64,000 nt of DNA from Psammoneis japonica (taxonomy: Eukaryota): positions 476,979 to 540,978 of the forward strand of contig QPGO01000008.1 in assembly GCA_008632985.1 (NCBI GenBank), in the 5' to 3' direction. A program made the translations under genes and the position numbers. A model generated the notes under the pieces. The model made no database searches and was not told where the DNA came from. It worked only from the letters and a program-made list of their open reading frames with translations. Shown in pieces: positions 48,900-60,806 of the stretch. The first letter of the stretch is position 1. Each line of letters starts with the position of its first letter.

Positions 48900-51150
48900 A
48901 TGCCACTTGGCATTCTCAATAGAAATTAGAGCACTGTGCGGCACTCACACACTTGTACAAGCAGCCGGATGAAGTTAAATGATTGATGCAACGCAATTCG
49001 TTTCACTCCGGTGCTGCGCGAGTCGGTACCATCAAATGTGAATGTTCTGCCTGGTACTTGGGCTTAAGATCAAGAGATACCTCGGTGGACGTCTCAAGAA
49101 GTTTAAAGCACGATTTTGTGTGCAGGGGAACCATCAACAAGAGGGAGTTGATTTCTTTGAGACTCCATCTCCAGTGAGGGTTGGAAGCTTTGATGTTTAG
49201 TATGGTGCTGGATGCAACAATCTGCAAACTAGGATTTGGCTTCTTGCCACATGGCATTGTTTTTTAAACTGTGGTCATCAAAAACCATCTTTTGCAAGGC
49301 GAGAGAGAGAGAGAGAACTTCCCTTGAACGAAGATGCCAAGGAGCCAGATCTGGCGATTAAAAGTGCTGTCTGTTGGGAATTGGAACAGGATCAGGTGCA
49401 CTCAAGGCGCTTGTCAAAACCAGCTGCAAGTGGAGCCTCTTGAAGAGATTCATTTGAAGCTGTTCAAATTTAACTGGAATTGCCAAGCAACCTGCTGTGG
49501 ATGGAATCCATTCCAAAGTGATTGATCTGGTGGCCTTCTGATTTGTTGCATGAGCTGTTGATTGAGCCCTGGTTTATGGCGCAAACCCAGATGCCTTCCA
49601 TTCAAAGAACAGCAGCAATGGGATCACACCAAGACACACTTCATCAACAGAGGAGACAGGCCAGGTCAGCATCTTGAAGTTGACAAAACCAGAATCTCAC
49701 AACACCAAAATCCTGATGCAGCCAGTGCCCAAATGAAACAGGCACTTTGACCCCATCCAGTTGCAAAAAAGCAACTTGCACTCCCATTTGAATGACACCA
49801 AAGCTGTGCAATGAGACTCAAAGATGACCATCACATTTTGCTGAACTGCAATCCCCAGGTTTTGTCTTGTCAGTCAAGACAAGTCAACCGACGCTAAAGA
49901 AAGTTTTGCCCCACATGGTTGCAGCTGGGTGAAGTGCAGGCTGGCAAAAAAACCGATGCATGTCCTCTGTGGTGTTGCAGCATGTCAACTTGCAGCTCAC
50001 TTGCAACTCTCTGCATGTGCACATGATTGCCATTTCTCCAATGTGCTTGGCTCTGGAGATTCTGGTGCTTCCAAGGAGGGAGCAATGCCAACCAAAATTG
50101 TGCTGTGTTTGGTTGATGCTGCTGCTGTGCAATTGTCAGGTGTTGACTGCTTGGCTCTGGAGATTTTGGCTCTCTCAAGGGACATCAACCCAAACTGTGG
50201 TTTGCTTGATTGCCATGCCATTGCCAGGTGTCAACTTTCATCTTGCTCTCCCAGCATGTGGTGTGTCAACCATCAAGCCAGATGGAACTCAGAGTGTCAT
50301 CTTTGCTGCCACCATCATCATCAACCTTGCTCTGAAGCAGCTCATCAGTTCTCCTCTCAGAGCTCAGTGTTGAAGTTTTGCAGCTTGCCGAATGATGCGC
50401 GCTTGGTCTCACTGTCTGACACCAAACTCACGCTCTGCGCATGGCTTGCAAACACATTCCCAGCATGTTCTTGTCAACCACTGTCACCATGTCAACTGGG
50501 TGCAGAAGCCAAAAAGTGACCAAAAAACCCACAACACAACCCGAGTTGGGAAAGCAAATTTACCAGCACCTCTTCCACAATCATCAGTGTGTCACGTGTC
50601 ACTCTTTCATTGCAACATTGTTGTCTGTCTGTCCTGCAAAAACTTCTGCCTCTCCTCACTCTGATGTTCTTCCAACACTTGGAGTCAGCATTTTTGTCTT
50701 GACCAGCCAGATTGCAAAATGCTCTTTCTCCAGCTCTTTTGTCACACAGTCTCCCTTTGGTGAGCCAGCAGTTGGCTGCATGATCGTCAAAGCCTGCAGC
50801 AGGTGGGGGGGGGCTCATTTGGAGGTCAGAGCAGTTGACATGGCAGCCTCATGTTCCAAACCATTCACAGCACCACAGCATGTTGAGTGTGGGGCTCCCA
50901 CCACACTCCCAATTGCCCCCGGCCAGAGGCTGGTGATGACATGCTTTCTTTTAGAAGAAAAAGTTGAAGCACATCTCTGTCCCACGCACCTCCTGCACCC
51001 GCAACAGCAGCTTCCCTTGATTCTCGATGCACTGCTCCCAGGGCCTGCCACCACCCGGTCGACCATGCTTTCAATTGTATGCTCTAGCACTTGTGAGCAA
51101 CCCACAGTTGTTTTTGATTCACGACATGATGTTGCTGTGGGCAGGAGTAA
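48900..51150. other. CpG/TpA-depleted decayed block, possibly containing an LRR-like gene relic
   Basis: Compositional switch; short duplication tgcttggctctggagatt at ~50044 and ~50148 reading CLALEIL. Confidence 0.5.
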
Positions 51151-51332
51151 TTTGCAAGCAAGGGCTCGAGAGAAGCTGAAAATGACGAACCAGGGTGAGC
51201 GCGAGGGCGGCCGCGCAGACACTCCGTAGATTGAGTAACAGACTTTCACGTACGTACAATTCTACTCAATTTTCTCAATAGCATCTTTCGTTCTCGTTGT
51301 CAGCACTTTTTTTCTGTTTAGCGAGAAGCACC

Positions 51333-52920
51333 ATGACAGCGGAGGCATTGGTACAGTGCCGGGCGGTAGCCTCGAGATACGGTGGGTCCTTTGGGAGCAT
51401 TCGAATGAGACTGCTATCGTCGAGACCCAGCTTTAGTATTACTTCCAGAACTTTTTCAGAAGCTACAAAATCGAACAGTGTTCTCGGAACGTACGATGCG
51501 AAGAGACACCTTTCCGATCTTGCGAATAACAGACCGCTCGCATCGATTGTATCGAGATTAGACGAGTACGAATTAGCAGATCCTCCTCCTGATGTTTTGC
51601 ATGTGAGAAAGGGTCAGAGAATTGTATCGTTTGGGGATGTTCATGGTGATGTCAGAGCACTGACTAATTTTCTGTTGGTGGCTGGACTGTTGGATCCTGC
51701 GTCGACTCGAGAGGAGCCCGTGTGGTCTGGAGGTGATACGATTTGTGTACAAATTGGCGATGTTCTGGATAGAGGAGATGACGAACTAGAATGCTACCGA
51801 ATGCTGGCATCGCTATCAAAGCAAGCCGAAAAGGAGGGAGGAGCGCTCGTGCTACTGTACGGAAACCACGAAACCCTCAACACAAACGGGCTTTTTCATT
51901 ACGCTACGGAGCGAGGGAATTTAAAATATGAAGAGGAAATTGGAAAAAGGATTAATGATGAAATGGAAGGTAGCATGTGGAGGGTACAATTTGCAGGTCT
52001 GGAACCGGCACGTTGGGCATCGCTGGAGCCAGGTGGGTTATTGGCGAAACCACTGCTATCTAAACTTAAAGTGGCAACGATTGTTGGTAAAACCGTCTTT
52101 GTTCATGCGGGTCTAACAAGCGAGCACTTGAGAGAGTATGGCAGTATAGAAGCAATGAACAAGGCAGCACAGGAATGGATATTGAAACGTAAGTGTGAGA
52201 TTCGTGGGCACTGATTCATTCATTCCGTTTGCTACTTCGCACCAACCGCCGTTGTTCGGTGTAGACCACTATGAAGGAGACAGCTTGGACCTTGACTCTT
52301 CTATTGAAGACATTATAAATGCAGCTCAGAAACGCGCTATGGCCGCCTCTAGATCCATGCCAAGTTGTCTAGGCGGTGGTAGCGATGGCGAAGAATCTCC
52401 AGTTTGGATGCGAAACTACAGTGCTCCAAGTGATGTCGTCCCCGACAATCCTGAAGACGCTCAAAAAATGATAGGTAGGTACTTTTCAACATGCTGTGCA
52501 ACTATCAACAGTTACGTTGCATCCAAGTACGCTCACACCGCTGGCGTTCTCGACAGATGATACCCTGGAAGAATTGGACAATGACGTCCGGAGAATGGTA
52601 ATGGGACACACGCCTCAACAACAAATAAATGTTGCCCTCATGGGCAAGGCGTGGCGGATCGATGTTGGAGCATCACAGTAAGTTTCGTACCGTAGTAGCA
52701 TTTTTCTCGTTGTTGGATACAAGCCTAACATTTATTACTTTTCGGTCGCAGAGGAATCGCCGGAAGACAGCCCGAAGCCCTTGAGATCATACATGGCGGT
52801 GTGGACGAGGAAGATGAAATTAGCATTTTGACAAGAGATGGCAGAGTGGACGTTTCGGAACGCGAGGTCACAGACAACTCATCTAATCGATTGCTGGGAT
52901 CATTCTTTGGCATGAAATAA
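51333..52920 (+). CDS. Shewanella-like protein phosphatase (Shelph, calcineurin-like metallophosphoesterase), paralog 1; 4 exons
   Basis: GDVHG, GDVLDRG, GNHE, HAG, MVMGHT and IDVG motifs. Confidence 0.9.
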
Positions 52921-53025
52921 AACATTTATTAGTGCTAAACTCCTCCTGCAATTCGTCAATATAGAGTCTCTCTCTCTCTCGAGGTAAAGATACGGTTTTT
53001 ACAAGCTCTTCTATCCTTCCGTAGT

Positions 53026-56016
53026 TCATTCGCTATCTTCGTCTTCTCCCTTGTTTGCTTGGACAATTTTAGCGGAGAGACTGTCCCAGTCTGACACGGC
53101 GAGCAAGTATGTGAGCGTCGTTCCAGCAACCGATGATCCAAGAACGACCGCCGATGCCAGTCCTTGCAAGTCTAACCTGACCACGAAACAAAAGATTGCG
53201 CCCAATGGCATTGTTACGCCCCATGAAGTGACAAACTGCACTATCGTAGATAGCTTGTACCGCCCCTGTGCCCCGACAATTGCCCAACTAACTGATCCCG
53301 CTGTCATTGTAATATTACCGATCCCGACAAATGGGACGAGGTCAATGACCATTCGCTGTAACCTAGGATCTGATGTAAACCATTTCGCCAAGTCTTCACC
53401 GAGAATGAAGATGATTGATGTAACAAAAATCGCCGCATACACACCCCAGAAAACCGCCTTGTACGAAGCCATCTTCGCTTTCAGCGGGCGACCAAAGCCG
53501 AGATGATACGCGCAACGTATCTCACCTGGAAACAGCAAAGTAAGGGTGAGCAACCGTGATTACGAGCAAGTCACAGAAAGTAAGCTATCCTGACGTACCC
53601 GCGTCGCCAATTGCTTCTGAAGTGGCCTCGATTAAATCCCACAGGCTTCCCAGCATTCCCCACACAGCCACCTCGGCTGTGCCAAGCGGTGCAGCAAATA
53701 TTGTGAGAATTTCCCACTGAGAGCCGCAGAGAAAAGTGCCAACAATCACATCGTGTCAGTGACATGAGAAAGAAAATGGAAGAACGTATCTGTAATAACT
53801 CTTACCTCTCCGTACTCAATCAAAGACCCGAAACAAAGGGGTAACGACAGCTTGAACATTGTCCGCACCGCCACGCGGTTCTGAAGAGGACGAGGAAAGG
53901 GTCAACACATGTGGAAAACGATTGTTAGCTACCACCAAGCCGTAAACACTGCGACAAAACACCGAAGTGACAATAGGAGGATACGGCGCACCTTTAAGGC
54001 AAAGTTTCCAACCATTCCTTTGAGATACCGTGATACCCATCCTTTCTTGATCGTATAGATGGTGGTTAGAATCTGAATGTAAACATCAGAAAAAATCCAG
54101 ATCACTCCAAGGTCCGACAACGTAGTACTCTCCCTTGTAAGGAGAAGGATGAGAATGATGACAAATTCAACTGTTTCTTGTACGATTCCAACCACTGCGA
54201 CGAATACCTCTTTCTCAATCACATCTAAAAACTCCATATAAGCATCATGCCAGCCAGAAATGAATTGTGATACAGCAGCAAATCTGGCAAGCTTCTGTCC
54301 TTCTCTTGCCATTTCTTCGTCAACGCCAACCCAAAGAAGCAACGGCTCCATAGCAAAGGACCACACAAGCAAGAGCGGAATGTATGCTAAAGAACATGTA
54401 ACAGCAGCAATCTGCACATATTGTCCTGCCAGGTACCTATTACGAGCGCCGATGGCATGAGGACAAAGCACAGCTATCGAGTCGATGACTCCACCAATGA
54501 ATTCATCCGTCAGCTCAAAAGCAAGGTCGACAACGGTATATGCAGCGACGGCCTCGGTGCCGAGGTAATGCGAAATCAGAGCCACGGTAGCAACATCAAA
54601 CATGCCTTCAACGATGCCGTCAATGGAGTATGACAAACCCATTCTAAACAACCTTGCCGTTTCATGGTCCCACTCAGTCAAATCCAGCAAGTCATTGAAG
54701 GCGCCACGAACAATGGCTGGCCTCCACCAAGCTCGCGATCCGCAGCACAGGTCGATATCTCCTAGCGTGAATTGCTTTCGGTTCACAAGGTGCTCGGCCT
54801 GTAGGCCTGAAGGAACGGAGGAAAGCAAGGATACATTCGCGTCATTGGCTGCTTCACCGTATGCGGCGTTGCTTTTTTCTGCGTGGCTCGCGCCAACTGA
54901 TGTTTCCTCAACTTGCATTGACTTCAAAGAAAGGATATCACTGTGGGGCGATCCATGTCCATCGTTGGAATGAACACTGCGTGCTAAGGCTGCCAACGGT
55001 GACTCGGCTCCGTGATCGTGTTCATTCCTATACTGATCTCTGACGCTCTGCCTTTTCGCGTACTGCAACCTACGACCACGTCGTCTCTTTCGGACTTGTT
55101 CGCCAACTTCCAGCAAAGAAGTGCTCACTACAGAAAACTCGCTGCCGCTGGCTACTGATTCATCCCCTGGATACTGTGACATTTCGGGAGCGGTTTGTCG
55201 TTGCGTTTTCTGTGCACGATAGAGAAGAGCGAGTGTCGTCAGTCGGTTGCTTATCTCTCAAAACGACTGGCAGTGCCCAAGAGCCAAACTTACCGGTCCG
55301 TCGAAATACCTCATCCAATCCAGTGCGTGACCTGGGATCCACCAGTTCTCATCTTCGGTGGAATTGTCCTTCGTTTCCTGCTCTTTCGAGGCAGCTTCTT
55401 TTACTTTCTCCCGTCCTTCGTTTAAATCGTCATGCGTTACTTTCTCTTCCAAAGAACCATCCAGCACGCTGTTCTCTCCTTGTTCCTTGAGAATGTTCCG
55501 CGCTTCCTTAGAATCGTCTCGCGTCTGTATTTCGTTAGGGACCGCTTTCGATGATCCCGAATTTCCTTCCCGTGTTTCCGGTTCTTTTGAGTGATCACCC
55601 TGCGCATGCGTATGGTTCGACTCTGTAGTTATCGTAGCCGCATCAATAAATCCTTCTGGTTTCGTCCACGTAGGGATCCGGTGACGCCGGTGGTAGTAAT
55701 AGACTCTTCCTTGATCATCAGTAGCTTGCCTCCATTCGCTCGCCTCGTTCTGAGCACCATCCTCATCAGGCGTCGGTGAACTTTCGAGGGGAGCGGATTC
55801 CTGGACTTCGAGGTTTTCGCACTTAGGATGAACCTCTCCGTTCTCCTGTGTATGAGAGGCAGAGGCGCGTCTCTTTTGAAAGCGAGAACCCAAAGAGATA
55901 TAACATGGCAGAAACATATTCGTCAAAACACAAAAGAGAATGGTGACAATCAGCAACGTAGTTCCTTGATCGACCGTATCAGATTCGACGTAATAATCAT
56001 CGTCATCGTAGTCCAT
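53026..56016 (-). CDS. MATE family transporter with N-terminal TM and WW domain; multi-exon
   Basis: WW domain EWRQATDDQGRVYYYHRRHRIPTWTKP; intron gtaagt...cacag at ~55292-55174; MATE motifs ISHYLGTEAVAAY, AIGARN, HLGFGRP, GAQGRY and LQGL...VSDW. Confidence 0.82.
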
Positions 56017-56550
56017 TTTGAAAGGTTGAAGCTAGAGAGAAAACGAGGGGATGAATGGATTAACACAGGAGCGGGATGGAAGGCGACAGCGGCGGTGGTG
56101 TGGTGTGATGCTACCGGTATTTCTTGAGTATGATGCAATGTACCGGTAGTCATGGGGTTCGCTTCGATGTTGTGTGTTGTGGGGTCAAGGTGTGTGGGGT
56201 GCGGTGCGGTGAGAGAACTTTACCGGTACGTGGAATTTGTACTGAAACAGTCTGTCGATCAGTGCGTTGGCGGTATGTTGTCCGTGAACGATGGAAAGAC
56301 TCTCAGCATCACACGACTTCGTCCAATCATGTTAAACGTACACTAATAAATATTAATGATCGAAATTTTTTACCCGTTGTTTAACGCATAATGTGTCCGT
56401 TGGCGGGTCGCTCGACGTCACCTTCTACCACGTCACAATTTCAATTTTGATTTTTTGACCGCGTCACGCGATCTGTCTTGGAGGGAACTTTGTGCTTGTC
56501 AGAACTGTCAGAACTGAAACAGCCGCCGCCGCTGATGACAACACAGATAG

Positions 56551-58255
56551 ATGGTCCATTGCAACAACAAAGCCGTTAACCGAATGCCCACTCTATATAC
56601 AAGTATTTTTGTGACCATGATGACATTGGTAACATGTTGTCACGGCACGTTGGCGCGAAACACTTTGGCTCTTGTAGCCGCCAAATCGAAAGGAAGAGTT
56701 CCGTTTACCACGTCATTGTCGCGATCCACTCCAAGGCAGGGCGTGGCACGTTGTTCTGATGCTTTTCCATCTGCAAGACCTTCTAATGTACGTTGTTTTA
56801 GTGTAGAGCGAAGCGCGGAAGAGTGGCTTGATATTTCCAGGATGCCTCTCTCAACCCTGTTATCCAGCAATCCTGGATTCAATTTGAACGAGTACACTCT
56901 CCCACCTCCACCGCCTAGTGTCCTTGATCTCAAGAAAGGACAACGAGTCGTATCATTCGGCGACGTTCATGGAGATATAGAAGCGTTGAAAGAATTCTTG
57001 GTAGTTGCCGGTGTGATGGACCCAAGATCATCGACCAGCAACCCAAAATGGGTGGGTGGAGAAACGATTTGCGTACAGGTGGGAGACGTTTTGGATCGTG
57101 GTGACGATGAGCTGGCATGTTTGAGATTACTGACTTCTCTGTCCCGACAAGCATCAATGGCGGGAGGGGCTTTGGTGTTGCTGTATGGAAATCACGAATC
57201 GCTCAATGCTGCTGGACTTTTTCAGTATGCCAATCAAGGAGGAAATGAAGAATACGAGAGAGAAATTGGCGCGCTTCTGGATACCAAGTTGGGCACTGAC
57301 CGATGGAGGCTTCAATTCGCCGGAAACGAGCCATCTCGATGGGCTGCACACGAGCCTGGCGGTCTACTTGCCGAGCCTCTGTTGGCCAACATGAATGTTG
57401 CAATGGTCGTTGGACGGACTGTCTTTGTACATGCAGGACTGACGGCAGAGCATTTGAGACGGTATGGCGGTCTCGACGGCATGAATCAAGCGGTGCGCGA
57501 TTGGATTCGTCAAAGTGAGTTTATCGAATGATGATGTTTCGTGACATGTCGTGTTTCGTTGGCTGTTGCTCAGCTTGTGTTTCTGAAAAAACTTTTGAAT
57601 TAGGCCAACACGGCGACAATAACAATTTGGGCGTGTACAAGTCTGCTGAAGAAGTTATCGAATCGGCTCAGACACGTGCCACATTAGCTTCTCAAACCAT
57701 GCCAGAGTGCCTAGGCGGGGGCATGGGCGCCGATGCACCAGTGTGGATGAGAGATTACAGCAGCCCAGCTGATAGTCCACCAAAGAACAAAAAGGCACAG
57801 AGAATGATTGGTAAGAAGAAGATGGGAGATGGTCTAGCTTTTCTTGGAGCTTTTCTTACCGTGCATGATTCTTATCCGTCTCTGTTTTTGTGATGCTTTA
57901 CAGATGAGGCACTGAACGAACTTGGCGGTGATGTCCAACGGATGGTTATGGGGCATACGCCTCAACGACATATCAACGCGGCGTTGGATGGTAAAGCTTG
58001 GAGGGTGGACGTTGGCGCGTCAAGGTATGTATGTTTGACCTGTGAGGGCAACCCAATCTGACAACAGTTTTCAGAATTGTCATATGCTAACTCTTCCGCT
58101 CTGCGTGTTTTATGCACAGAGGCGTCATGAGTGGCACGCCGGAAGTTCTAGAAATTATTCACGGCGGACAGGATGGAATGGATGAAATCAGCATTTTGAC
58201 GAGAGAGGGCGCTGTCGTTAGCAATCAACGACAACTAATGGAGATGCTGATATAG
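56551..58255 (+). CDS. Shewanella-like protein phosphatase, paralog 2; 4 exons
   Basis: Same motifs and same intron positions as 51333-52920. Confidence 0.9.
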
Positions 58256-58490
58256 AAACTCATAAAGTCGTTGGCACCCAACGACAACTAAACAGTTATG
58301 GCGATTCTGATAGAGAAACTTATACAAAGCATAAACAAAAGTTTATATCGAGAAACTCTTTCTGGATCGAGAAACCTATTCCGAATGCCACTGCTGCATG
58401 AAGTGCTCTACATAATGTCCCAGTGTCGAAACTAGATCGCCACGTCACGTCAAGTTTGGCGGCGTAAACGAGAAAATATTAAGTTACTTT

Positions 58491-59078
58491 TTAGAAACTC
58501 TCTTCGGCGTCAAGTTGCTCCAATGCCCCTTGTCGTATGAGATGCTCAACATCACTTCTTGGGAGAAAATGAATCGTCCCGTGATCCAAGGCAACGCTAC
58601 CACCTCCCACAACGATCCGCCCAAGACCCTCCACTAGCACGCGCACTTGAATCAAGTCCTGTTCCGGAGGAGTCTGATTGGCCGTAAGGTCTAGATCGAG
58701 TGAAGTACTGTACCTCGATACGAGTCTATCATAATCAGCGTAGAACTCTGCTTCTGTCTCCGATAAGAGAGACTTAAGAGACGGGGGCATCGTCGGTGTT
58801 TGTTTTCGCAGAGCCCGTAGCTTGTCGACCCGAGCTGCATGGTATGCCAGTAAGCACTGCTTGTTACGACGAATCGCAGCCTCATGGAGAAACATGGACG
58901 GACGAGCCTCCATGGGAGGTTTCTCTCCGTTCAGAGCATCGACCTGATCAGACAATTCATCAACGTGCAAGCCAACCTCTGTCAGGATCGACCTTACGGT
59001 GGCCTCGTTGTAAGGTGGCATCCAATCCGATCGCTGCAGTTCCACCAACAAATCTCGGCCTCTCTGACCGTAGTTCAT
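58491..59078 (-). CDS. PSF1: GINS complex subunit Psf1
   Basis: PPYNEATVR, RRNKQCLLAYH..R, LS..EAEF..Y and DVEHLIRQGALE. Confidence 0.92.
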   Translation of the reverse strand: MNYGQRGRDLLVELQRSDWMPPYNEATVRSILTEVGLHVDELSDQVDALNGEKPPMEARPSMFLHEAAIRRNKQCLLAYHAARVDKLRALRKQTPTMPPSLKSLLSETEAEFYADYDRLVSRYSTSLDLDLTANQTPPEQDLIQVRVLVEGLGRIVVGGGSVALDHGTIHFLPRSDVEHLIRQGALEQLDAEESF

Positions 59079-59542
59079 CTTTTAAAAATGTAGGATCAGG
59101 AAAGAGGACTTGACTTATCGGTGTATATGATGGTTGACAATGTACTGAACAGCAACGCAACACAAGCGAGAATGATCTTTGCTGTTTTGCCTGCTCGCTT
59201 GGATGCGATCGCCTTGCGGCCTGCGGGCTGAAAAAATGGCGCGCCTGAGATATGAATATATACATCATGAAAATCATAAAAACTGACAATTTTTCGCATT
59301 TGCTTCCCGCACAGCGCACAGCCCACAACCGGTAACCTTCCGGTAGAGCGAGGAGAAAGCCAAAAGATTGCAGGAAGCTCTAGAGAGTATAAATAGAGTC
59401 TTTACCAGTCCCTTACCCTCCCAGTCTGAAGCCATGGGGACGAAGCTAGTCTTGATTGTTATTCTAAACTACCATCTAGACACAAGGAGGGATGCCACAT
59501 GTGCAAATATAAACGTACGAAGCAATAAATTATCAACTGATG

Positions 59543-60378
59543 CTACGCTGCCTTAACCCGAAATGATCGTACGGAATTGGTCAGCTCTGACTCCTTTTCT
59601 TTGTAATTTTCTTCCTTTACTTGCCCCGTTACAACATAAAGCTTTCCGTTTTCAATCAGAATATTGGCAACAAAGTGTTTGTTCCCTCGCTTTCCGCTTG
59701 AGAGATAGTTCATCTCGTATCCACCCGTGTCGGAGTTTTCTATTGGATCTTTAACCAATGTCACATCAAATACACCATCGCGGTTTACTTCAGCTGTTAC
59801 TACACGCGCTGCCACTTCTTCCGGAGTGCCAAACTTTAACACATGAGCAAGAGTGGCAGGATGAGCAAGAGTGAAGTACCAGAAGAACACAAAAGGACTC
59901 GTTACCTTACCTCTTTAAGGGATTTAATTCTCACGGGATCAACAGTAATACCAATTTGGTATCCTTTGAGGTCTTCAGAAACAAAGTTAATTTCATCCAA
60001 GTGCGTCTTTAGTGGCTTGTTGGTGGCCTCAAATCCAGCCGGCGGAACGAACTCGTAGCTAAAGTCCTTCGTTTCCCGAGTGAATGCATCCGCGCTACCC
60101 ATCAGTGGACCCGATATCCATGATCCTAGGAAGAGTGTGGAAGCCACGACATTCTTGATAAGAACTTGACGCCTTGTCTCATCGTCAGGGCTGCTTGAAG
60201 AGGCAGCAGCCAGCAACGTTGCTCTTCGTGGATTGCCGTGCAATTCTGCGCTGGGTGCGCCCGAAAACAAAGCTATTCTCGAATGGCCATAGTAGCTAGG
60301 AACAAAGGCGGATGTCACGAAGCGTGTAGAAGTAGCAATCACAATATAGACAAACAAACTCCGTTTGAGAAACGCCAT
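59543..60378 (-). CDS. PsbP-domain thylakoid lumen protein; 2 exons
   Basis: Signal ending SAF, TAT RR motif (TRRQVL), KPLKTHLDE, ITVDPVRIKSLKE/FGTPEEV and SFRV end. Confidence 0.88.
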
Positions 60379-60806
60379 GGCGGACGACTTCAACGCTTCG
60401 TCGGTTGTCGTCTATTTTGGCCAGCCAATTTTTGACGCGATGAGCTGTCATTTCTGTCCGTCTGACGTCATTTCCCTCCAATTGACCAGCAAACCCGGAA
60501 GTTGAATTCATGATGGAGGATCGCGACAAGAATGATCTCACATTCTGGAACATAACGATTCCTATTGGAGAATAGAAGAACGCATCTTTCGTATTGGGTT
60601 CAAAAGAATAAGGAATCCTTCACTCTCCTCTGAAACAAATGCAATGATATTTGGTCGTCGGTGCTCACAAATTGCCTGTCGCTTGTGACGTTTTCTTCGC
60701 ACATTCACATCAACCTTGTTGTGACTGTGGAAACGCAACCCACTCAGTGGAACCCTATCACGTGTTGACGATTCAGTAGCTCATTACGACCAAAAGAAAG
60801 AGCACC

